From assembly GCA_002811645.1 (NCBI GenBank), contig PDIP01000047.1, forward strand, positions 5,861-69,860: 64,000 nt of DNA, written 5' to 3'. This DNA comes from Corallochytrium limacisporum Hawaii (Eukaryota > Protista > Pluriformea). Under the pieces are notes generated by a model that did not search any database, was not told the origin of the DNA, and saw only the letters and a list, made by a program, of their open reading frames with translations. Positions 42,450 to 51,322 of this stretch are shown here, one piece after another; within the stretch, counting starts at the first letter, position 1, and every line of letters begins with the position of its first letter. The translations under genes and the position numbers were made by a program.

Positions 42450-44966
42450 TTACGATGCCTCTTCGGTCTTGACTTCTCCACCATTCGCGTTGGCGTTAGG
42501 GGCTGACGATTCCGAAGTGGCCATCGCGTTGGCAAACGGATGATTGTTGTTGTTGATCTGGTTCAGAATGTCATCCAGGTCAAGGTGTGTGTAGTCATTT
42601 TCCTCAACATTGCGGGGCGCCGACTTTTCATTCTCCCCGGGGGCGACTGAAGCGGGAGTACCAAAGGTCATGTCCCCAAGGTCCGCAGTGATTTGGTTGA
42701 CAGCATTGGGGATGACCGTCGTGATACCCGTCCGCACGTAGGAGTTCTTCTCCTGCTCCTTGTTGTCCCCGTCTGTGCTGTAGTAGGGTCCGAAAGCCTC
42801 GTCCTTGTCCCGGTTGGGATACAGAGTCCGGAGCTGGGGCAAATCGTGAACGCGGTCAGCGAGACCACGGATCGCAAGATCCTTGGAGAACCATGGCTGC
42901 AAGTGCCAAACCTGCTTCTGACCGTCCTCGTTCTGGCTCACCCAGGCCACACTCATGCCACCAATTTCAGAGTCACTGAAACGCAAAATGAACGTACCAG
43001 GTTGGCACTGCAAGAGCAGGTCTTGTGCGTGCTGCTTGCCGATGAAGCCCACAATGAGTCCAGCCTTCCATGTTGCAACCAGATGGCGCTTAACGACCTC
43101 TTCAATGCCGTAGAACCATTCCCAGAAGGTGAAGTTGCGGTTCTGCAGAGGCTCCTTGTTGAACTTATGCCACGTGCAAATGTAATCGGACCCCACTCCA
43201 ACCTTTTGACCCAAGTAATTCAGACCGTCAGGTTCAATTTCTCCGCCATTTATGCGCGCAAAATGTTTCGACAAGGCGGCGGCCAAATCGTTCCATGCGA
43301 CGCTGTCGGGAACCTTCCAGGGCACCCGGGGATCGACGCTGAAGTGGTTGTCCCAAAGAACGGTGGCCTCAGCATTCGGCAGCTGATTACCGTGCACAAT
43401 CACAACGATGGGCAGGGACAGCGCGTAGAGCGTCAGCGTGATGTCGTTGGGGATGGAGATCGACATGCAGAAACACATGGCGAACTTTTCTTCCGTCACA
43501 GTCTCGTCGCTCTTCAAATCACCACGTCGAATCTTTCGGAGACTCATGTTCTTGAAGTACGCGCGCAGAATCTGGTCGCTCTCGCTGTAGTCCATGACCG
43601 ATGTGTTGTTGAGAATGTCACCACAGTTGGGCAGGTTCTCGCCATAGTGGCCCGTACCGGCACCAGTGGCAATGCGGTCTCCTGCCCGACTCCGCTTGCT
43701 GCGGGGACCGTTGGCGGCAACGGCAGCGGCAATGTTCCTGGTGGATGCGCTGGCCAGATCACTGGTCCGCAGTGAAGCAGGAAGCTGCACATCCAGGTTG
43801 CTGCCGTCAAAGCCCTCGGGCATGTGTCCGATTTCGGAAAAGATGGCGGCGGCCTGATATTCATTGACCACCGTAGCGGTGACCTCTGGAGGGTTGACGG
43901 GAACGTTCAGTACCTGACTGATGAGGAATCGACAGGACGACTGGAACTTGGTCTGCGTCTTCAGTACCTGAGGAGGCTGCTGATCGATCAGGAAAGCCCG
44001 CTGAATCAGCTCAATGAGAACGTCCAGAATAAGCTTGCGCATGACCAGGATGCGATCCTCGCTCTGGGACATGGGCAGTTGCTGCATCAGCATCTGCACG
44101 TGCCGGGTCTGGTTCTTCGTGCTGAACACAATCTCTGCGAGCTTTTCGAACCAGGTCTGGTATGTGGCAAGCACCTCGTTGCTCTGTTCCTGAGTCAGAG
44201 TACCCAGGCGCACCTTTTCACGGAACTGAATGGTCTTGTTCACCACAACGTGGCGCTGCAGACGCGTAATCAGCTGAATGTTCTCCTCCAGTTTGCCGAG
44301 CAGAGTGTGACGGAACTGCAGACAGTTCTTGGCCTTCTGGCTCACACTCTTCTCAAGCTGCTGGTAGTTCTGCTGCAACTGCTTGTAGTTGGCCTCCTTT
44401 TCGGACATTTGCTGCAGAATCTGCTGGTACTTGGCAGCCTCCTGGTATTGGAAGATAACATCTTCCTGCAATTGGCGGAGCTGCTTAATGTCATTGTCTG
44501 CATCCCGAGCTCTGCCCTTTGTGGCCTCAATCTCGTACATAATCTTCTCGTGGTCTGCGGTCAAGACGTGCTGTGCGCTAGTCACGGTTGGAGCACCCTT
44601 CTCGAGAATCTCCTTCTCGCGCTTCAGGGCATTCGACACGACCTGGACAAAGCCCATGGGGTCATTTTCGCACATCTGACGGTAGCTGGTCGCAATTTCT
44701 TCCAGCCGCAGACGCAGCAGAAAGCTATCTCCCGGCTGGCTGGAAATTTGCTGCAGGTACTTGTGCACCTCCTCGAAGAGCTCGCGAACCTTGGTTGCGG
44801 CCTGTTGCTGGCCGTCGTCACTGCCGGCCTTGATGGACTCCCAGTTCTGTTTCTCAAACCATTCCGCAAAGTAGTGCCTCAACTCGATGGGGAATGAGTA
44901 ACCGTACAGTTCACGCACTGCCGGCATCTGGTGCACCTTCGACCAGGTTTCTCCCTGGGTCGCCAT
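42450..44966 (-). CDS. STAT: STAT transcription factor, STAT5-like architecture
   Basis: N-domain LYGYSFPIELRHYFAEW, coiled coil, DNA-binding domain (QPPQVLKTQTKF, SLPIVVIVHGNQ), linker (FTFWEWF), SH2 (GTFILRFSDSEIGG), tail tyrosine NSYVRT. Confidence 0.95.
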   Translation of the reverse strand: MATQGETWSKVHQMPAVRELYGYSFPIELRHYFAEWFEKQNWESIKAGSDDGQQQAATKVRELFEEVHKYLQQISSQPGDSFLLRLRLEEIATSYRQMCENDPMGFVQVVSNALKREKEILEKGAPTVTSAQHVLTADHEKIMYEIEATKGRARDADNDIKQLRQLQEDVIFQYQEAAKYQQILQQMSEKEANYKQLQQNYQQLEKSVSQKAKNCLQFRHTLLGKLEENIQLITRLQRHVVVNKTIQFREKVRLGTLTQEQSNEVLATYQTWFEKLAEIVFSTKNQTRHVQMLMQQLPMSQSEDRILVMRKLILDVLIELIQRAFLIDQQPPQVLKTQTKFQSSCRFLISQVLNVPVNPPEVTATVVNEYQAAAIFSEIGHMPEGFDGSNLDVQLPASLRTSDLASASTRNIAAAVAANGPRSKRSRAGDRIATGAGTGHYGENLPNCGDILNNTSVMDYSESDQILRAYFKNMSLRKIRRGDLKSDETVTEEKFAMCFCMSISIPNDITLTLYALSLPIVVIVHGNQLPNAEATVLWDNHFSVDPRVPWKVPDSVAWNDLAAALSKHFARINGGEIEPDGLNYLGQKVGVGSDYICTWHKFNKEPLQNRNFTFWEWFYGIEEVVKRHLVATWKAGLIVGFIGKQHAQDLLLQCQPGTFILRFSDSEIGGMSVAWVSQNEDGQKQVWHLQPWFSKDLAIRGLADRVHDLPQLRTLYPNRDKDEAFGPYYSTDGDNKEQEKNSYVRTGITTVIPNAVNQITADLGDMTFGTPASVAPGENEKSAPRNVEENDYTHLDLDDILNQINNNNHPFANAMATSESSAPNANANGGEVKTEEAS

Positions 44967-45407
44967 TGTGTCGGTTGAGATTGGCAACTCGACTATTTAT
45001 TCCTGACTTAAAGTTTCTTTCTTGGTTTATGCGTAGCGCGCTTCCGATATTCCAATGATTCGATTTGATGTGGTTCAACCTCAGACTGTCCCGTACATAT
45101 TTTAACCAATGGTGATCGCCCTGAGGAAACCTTTCTGGCTGGTTGTGAGCCGGTTGTATATCGTAGAGCGAAACTTTGTGGACTATAGTACTTGATTACT
45201 GACCAAGTTCACATACCTTTCCCAATTTAGAAACACGATTCTGGCAGTCTCCGAAAAACTGCCAGGTATGTGTTTACTTTTGGAAAAAACTTTTCCTGTG
45301 TCCCTGTACCAGAAGCCCACATTGCTACCAACGGCTGCTTTGTCGTCGCTGTTTCCAAAGGTTTCCAAAGGTTTCTCTTTCCGGAAAACTCCCGTGCGTG
45401 CGTCTGT

Positions 45408-45441
45408 TGTGTGTGTGTGTGTGCAGTGGTGTGTGTGTGTG
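45408..45441. repeat. Interrupted (TG)n microsatellite upstream of STAT
   Basis: Two TG runs separated by cagtg. Confidence 0.85.
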
Positions 45442-46714
45442 CGTCCACCGCCGAGCGAGAGTGCCTTCAAGTCACAAGGTCCGCTCGTACTGCCTGTGTC
45501 TGAGGCCTGTGCCTGGAGGGAGTGGCTCCCGCTTACCTACACAAACACACCGCCGTCCAAAAATAATGTAAAAAAAAATATCTGTTTCTGAGTGCGGCGG
45601 CAGCAGCAGCAGTTCCTTCACGGAGCGCGGACGGGCGGCCGCGCCGCTGGTCGGAGCGGGGCAGGGGGGGACCCACACACACACACTCACACAGAGCGGA
45701 GGGGACCGAGAAGGGAAACGAAAATAGAAAGTATACGAAAAAGAAGAGAGTGGCCCCGCCTCCCCGGGGGGGGATTCCGATGGCCCTGAACCGCAAGACG
45801 GAGAGAGAGAGAGTGAGCGCAGAGGAGAGAGGGAGGGTGGGGTGGGGTGGGTGGGCGCCAGGCGCCAACCTCGGGGATAGTGCCTGACTGCGAGTCTGCG
45901 CTTGAGAAGAGTTTTTTTTCTTTTTTGAAAACCGGGGATCAAAAAAAAACAAACGAGGAACAAAAGAAAAGAAAGGAAGAAGGAGTGCGAGGGTGAGAGA
46001 CAGTGAGAACAAAATACGAGCAGCCAAACCACCCGCACTCCGTCCCACCTTCACCTTTCGCTCCCCTCTCCCCTCCGGGAAAAAGGGAGGGGCGGCGGCA
46101 GAGGGCAGCGTAGGGAAGGACGCATTGCGAAATAAAAATAAAAAGAAATAAAGAAAGGAAAGGAAGAAACAATGGACAACCCAGGCAGAGCGAGTGGAGC
46201 GGCGGGGAAGGAAGTGAGCACCAAGGAAAAGAGAAAGGGCACTAATAAAAAAACACAGAGCGTGCGAGGGAGCGCGAGTGGAGTGAGAGAAACGGGACAC
46301 AATGAGAGCGAACGAAATGCCACCACCACCACCACCAAAAAAAAAAAATTGAAAATTGATAGAAATGGGGTCGGCGAAGGAGGGGTTTAAGCTGGCCTGT
46401 GGTTGGCGGTTGACCTGTCCCTGATAAGCTAGGCAGAAGAACTTGAAAAAAAAAACACCCGAGAGAAAGAGGCAAGACAAGACACAGAGAGAGAGAGAAC
46501 GAGAGAGAGAGGTACGGAGAGGGTGTAGAGCGTGGAAGCGTGGCGCAAGCGGGAGACTGGGACTTAACCGCTACCTTCCAACCGCATCAATGGACATACC
46601 ACCGCGCCGATAGCAAGCCACCCGACTTGAATTGTGAGAAGAGATTGCGCGCGAGATGACTCCGGGTTCGCCGTTGCAGCCCCTTTCTTCCCGGGGGAAC
46701 AGCAGCGAATACTT

Positions 46715-46744
46715 GGAGAGAGAGACACACACAGAGACACAGAC

Positions 46745-46785
<41 letters not shown>
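46715..46785. repeat. Compound (GA)n/(CA)n microsatellite
   Basis: Long AG run at 46753-46785 preceded by GA/CA units. Confidence 0.9.
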
Positions 46786-46790
<5 letters not shown>

Positions 46791-47525
46791 AGGAAGGAGA
46801 AGGAGAGGGGGGGTGCGGGGTGGGGGACTTCGCCTGTTGTTGTTTGCCGCCTGGGAGGAACTACAGAAAAGCCGCAAAAAGATACTCTCACCACACCCAA
46901 GCACCTGATTCACATATTTCTATACTTAAACAACGTACAGTTTATTGTACCGTTGGGCTCCTCTCTGCGATAATTTTTTCGTCTTCGGTTCTTCCCAGTG
47001 TTTTCACAAAAGGAAGGAAAACAACCGAAAGGCAAAGAAAAGAAACACTTTCAGGACATACACAATAATAGGTCCCGCCAACGGGGACGAGGGTTTCCTT
47101 GACTCAGCATAGAGAATCTATGGTGTCAAATGGTAGTCAAACAGCTACCAACTCTCTCGCACACGAACAATGCAACACTTCGCCCTCTCGCGGGGCCGGA
47201 GACGACGGGAAGAAGGGGGTGGGAGACAAGGATGTCAACTTCATTAGGACCCCAACGACACGTTCCCCCCTAGCTTGCCGCTACTGCGACTACTGCGTAC
47301 GTGCGTGTGCGTGTGTATGTTATTCTTTTGCTTCCTTTGATATGCTTGGAGCAAGAGTTGGTCGTGACGGCCACCACCAGCCCCTCCCCCCCCCTCTCTT
47401 CCCCAATCCCCTCCCTCGGTCCCCCCCCTGCGCGTAGACCCAACCATCCCTGGCCCCCTCCTCCCCGCCATCCCCTCCCGTGAAAAAAAAAAGGGAAAAA
47501 TTATTGGGTTTGAGTTGCACCTTAA

Positions 47526-47791
47526 AAACTCCCCGTTCACGACATGGACTGCTGCTAGGTGGAACCGGAAGTTAAAGAATGGGACAAAAAGTCCATGGGA
47601 GCACGCCCATGCGTGGAGTTTATTGATGCATGCTGGTGGCGATGTGGTCGAGTGTGTGAGTAATAGGAGCTCTATTATACACGTATTTCGGTGATGGTAG
47701 AAACCATGACCTAACCGGTTGCGTTACTGTCACCCATGCATCATCGTGCTATAACAGTAATATTATGGACACGGGTAGGCTTAGGGAGTTT
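47526..47791 (+). ncRNA. Candidate structured non-coding RNA domain, family not identified
   Basis: Terminal helix AAACTCCC/GGGAGTTT encloses CATGGACT/AGTCCATG, TGATGCATG/CATGCATCA, GGTGGCG/TGTCACC, TAATAG/CTATTA and ATGGT/ACCAT. The G-U pairs favour the + strand. Confidence 0.35.
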
Positions 47792-49606
47792 CTACTTATC
47801 TACTCTCCGTGGGCTATGTGTGTGACGATTTGTTTGACGATCCAAACCTCTTTCACCATGGTTGTCCATTTATCCCTTGCTGTGCGTGCTGCCAATACTG
47901 CCAATGAATGCCATGCTAATCTGCTCCATCTCATCAATCATTCATCCACGAGCAACTCAAAACAATCCACCACTTACTTCGCAGGGTTAGAAGTCATGTG
48001 GAAACATTCACAGCATTGGGATGACTGTTAATCGACCGTGCCCCGGACCCGAATTCTAGTTCCAGCTTGGTCAAGCTCGGGTCCTGCTCCGCGCACATTG
48101 GAGCAATTCTCCTCCTTCGTCGTTGCGTTTCCATTTACTTTGTTGAGTGTATTCACTATTATACAAAAATTTGTGCAGCGCCGAACCATTCTGGGTGTGT
48201 CAACCTCCGAGCTGATGACAGATCAAATTTCGTAATCTTCAACTTGCTTATATTGTGTATGGATTTCGCATTAGCGAGGGACAGGAATGGAAGTTTCGTC
48301 TAAGAAATTTCCTTCTATATCTAGAATGCTACAGGTATATATCTAATGTGACAATACCGCAACAGGTACGCTCGGGTCCTAGCACATAAAGTACTAGAAC
48401 TACCATTGTTATTGCTGTGTTGTTCTAACGTAGCTGAGCGGTTTCAGGTCCCGCCCCAGAGATTGGAATGAGGTACAGGGAAGAAAAAGTTTTTTCATCA
48501 TCAACCACGGTTCCTATTCTCTATGTATTTTGACCACAACTGGGCGCCCAGAAAAAATGGAAACAAGACGGTGGCGTGAAAAGGGAAGAATCGAAAAGAG
48601 TCAGAGGTTGAAGCAGAGTCAGGACGGACATTAATGACAGTGCTGAGTTCGCGCATGCCGATGACCAATCATGAATGTATTGAAGGTTGTTGTCCGTCCT
48701 GGTGAACTTCGATGCCGCCTGTGCTTGCCAGGGCCTGTCCGCGGACGCAGAGTGGGTCATAAAAGCCATTAGTGGGTCCATAGCTTGTGGCGGGCAAAAG
48801 ACGAACATTCACCATACCAATAGCGGATTCGTGATCTATCCCGGGGTAAACCGGACAGAGATTCCTTATCCGGCTGTTCCGTTTTATCAAGACTGTTCGA
48901 TTGACTTTCACATGTGCTGCACTTTGAAGAAAGAGGTCCGAAAACTTCCGAAAGCTTACTATTTATCACGTCCACAATCACATCACATCGCAAACAGACA
49001 GACCTGCACTCGTATCGGTACCTCACTTCCGTCGCTTGAAACAGACGCATCAGTTGGTATTAGATCTGTTTCTGTTCACCGGCAGCAAAACCCAAACTAG
49101 TACATTACCTATGCCGAAAGATTTGCTTGCGCAGCAAAATTTGCATCCCAGGTCCCCCTTTAACACCCCTCCCACCAAGGGGGCCTCCCCACCGGGCCAG
49201 ATGAGAAAGTCACCGTTGAACCACGATTGGGACCGAGGTGGGCTATTTTCTTTTTCCTATGGGGAGGGGGTACTGGGCACACCCGCGGCCCGCGTGGGTG
49301 TTCTCGTCTGATACAAATAGAGCGGAGAAATAAGACCCAAACCAGGAAAAATCAAAAATCCTATGTACACGCATTTGCAGTGCGGGATAAGATTGGGTAA
49401 AGGGACGAGAGGCGGGGGGAAAAGAGCCCAAAGGGACCATGAAAAGACACACGGAGGAATGGCCACTGCCGCAGGGAGAGCAGGGCGAAAAAAAAACACG
49501 TCTCTCACAGGGTGCACCCCTTGTGATACTCGAGACTGCCACTGGCCAGTGAATTGCAAGAGGACGGAAGGGGGGGGGACTTCGGAGTCTACGAACGGGT
49601 GATCCG

Positions 49607-50002
49607 TCAGAGCGGGCAGTCCCAAAAAAGCGTACAGACGGGAGAGTAATTCAAAGGCCGACGACAAAAGAGAAAAACTGCAACTCTTGGTCTAGTGTGG
49701 CTGGGTACTTTGACTATACACTCCGATGCTTCTTTCCCACTGCCGGTCAAGGGGGTTGAGGGGGTGTCCCAGGTGCGAAACTTTACCATCCACGCGTCAA
49801 CATAACAATGGGAGGCAATAAACAGCAAGATCGCTAGCATCAACAGTGTATTCTCCAGAATTCCCGATGATGATAAACCAGTGAGCAAACTGAACCGAGT
49901 ACAGAAAGAAATAAGGGCAATACTGACACACAAGAGAAATACCATGGTCCAAACCCACAGCTGGGCCCCACTCGGACCCCACATAGGAGGTCCGCGACAC
50001 AT
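49607..50002 (-). CDS. Possible small two-helix membrane protein
   Basis: 131-aa ATG ORF with two hydrophobic stretches (LWVWTMVFLLCVSIALISF; TLLMLAILLFIA), divergent from SPCS2. No recognisable family; may be spurious. Confidence 0.25.
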   Translation of the reverse strand: MCRGPPMWGPSGAQLWVWTMVFLLCVSIALISFCTRFSLLTGLSSSGILENTLLMLAILLFIASHCYVDAWMVKFRTWDTPSTPLTGSGKEASECIVKVPSHTRPRVAVFLFCRRPLNYSPVCTLFWDCPL

Positions 50003-50749
50003 CCACAGGCAGAAAGGCTGTTGGCTTGGTGCACCAGATCGGTCCCAGTTGTCCAAGCGTCGCGCTGTCGTGGAGAGAACACACCCATGTAACTGAGGAC
50101 AGCTCGCGTTATGGTATGCATTATGTATTAATATATCAAAATGGTGTATCGCTCACACCTATCTATAAGAGACTTGGATATTATCTGCCGCAGACAGTGC
50201 CCAGGCGCTTCGGCCACCCTCCTGTGTAAAGCTGTCGCCAGGAGGGAGGCCATAGCCCAGCCTTTTCTATAATATATGTACTTCCATTTTTAAACTGTAC
50301 TGATCATAATCGACCAATTCGGTGCGCCCTCTTCCACCTACATATGCCTGCCTTTCCGTCGGTCTGAAGCTTGTGGCGCTCGCCGGGACCAAACCCTTGG
50401 GAAAGAGAGGGCAACGGGCCCGGGGGGACTTATAATAGACTCCCGATATAAATTCATTTAAATTACGAATTATGGGCTGGGTTGGGTTTTCAGTTTTAAA
50501 GGGTCGTGGCTGTTTTTGTTTAAACCGCCGAGCAAAGTGCTTCGTGGTTTGGACGCTCGGGAAAACCTTGGCTTCGAGTGATTAGCACTACACCTTAGTG
50601 ATTTCTGGGCGGCAGAGATGTGTTAAGCTATTTCTTGGCGTCTTTACTTGTCGAAATTTATATTACAGATGACAATGATATGACAATGACGAAGGCCATC
50701 GGATTGGTTCGACTGCAAAAAGGGGACGTGTGTTTTCATAGCGACAAAG

Positions 50750-51271
50750 ATGACGGATCAACCGGAGGCCCCGTTCAACAAATGGGACAATGCAGCTCTT
50801 CGCAACAACATTGGTGATAAAATTAGTCAGTTGATGAAAGGTATGGGATACACCGAGAATACCACAGCAGAAGACATCCGCTTGACCCTCCACGCTGTGG
50901 CCACAGTAATTGCCGTTATCAGCGGCGTATACGGGCTCTACGTGCCTCTCAATGAGAGCTACTTTCAACAGTTAGCACTTTTTCTACTTTACGGTGCCCT
51001 CTTCCTGGGTGGCTACGCCACAACCTATCGTTTGCCGGATGGATGCACCTTTGTGGGACGAAACAAGCAGGGTGAGGATGTTTACGTTGTCTCCAAGCTG
51101 CCCGCCATGACTGGGCGCTTGACACTGGGCATGCGGATAGGTACCACAAAGAAACAGATTAATCTGGATGAGTTTAGTGTTGGTGAGATCGTCCACGTCG
51201 ATGGATTTGTTTCTGATGATGCCTTAAAGAAGAAACTGCAGAAGCTCGAATCAAACTGCAAGAAGGCTTAG
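50750..51271 (+). CDS. SPCS2: Signal peptidase complex subunit 2 (Spc2)
   Basis: NKWDNAALRNNIGD, GYTEN..EDIRL, two TM helices, C-terminal SVGEIVHVDG. Confidence 0.85.
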   Translation: MTDQPEAPFNKWDNAALRNNIGDKISQLMKGMGYTENTTAEDIRLTLHAVATVIAVISGVYGLYVPLNESYFQQLALFLLYGALFLGGYATTYRLPDGCTFVGRNKQGEDVYVVSKLPAMTGRLTLGMRIGTTKKQINLDEFSVGEIVHVDGFVSDDALKKKLQKLESNCKKA

Positions 51272-51322
51272 ATATAATTGCATGAGTTATAAGAATACGG
51301 AATCTTTAGTATTGTGTTAGTT

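Noticed and set aside
42693-44897. Long + strand ORFs (360 and 357 aa) antisense to STAT, and similar ones over VWA8, HSPA14 and the flotillins
   Set aside because: Shadow ORFs expected from the GC3-rich codon bias of the sense gene; no recognisable motifs.
24723-44966. Functional cluster of ubiquitin and signalling genes (ZER1, ATG3, CUL1, STAT)
   Set aside because: ZER1 uses CUL2 rather than CUL1, and unrelated genes are interspersed; no evidence for an operon-like cluster.
47983-47990. CTAACCCT on the - strand as a telomerase template
   Set aside because: An 8-mer is expected by chance, no pseudoknot was recognised, and nearby G-U pairs favour the opposite strand.
47971-48200. U1 snRNA-like hints: ACTTAC..GCAGGG start and AATTTGTG Sm-like site
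   Set aside because: The 5' end is ACTTACTTC rather than ACTTACCT, and the U1-70K loop (GATCANGAAG) and U1A loop (ATTGCAC) are absent.
49867-49926. Box C/D snoRNA-like ATGATGA...CTGA...CTGA
   Set aside because: No C' box, no terminal stem and no convincing rRNA guide.
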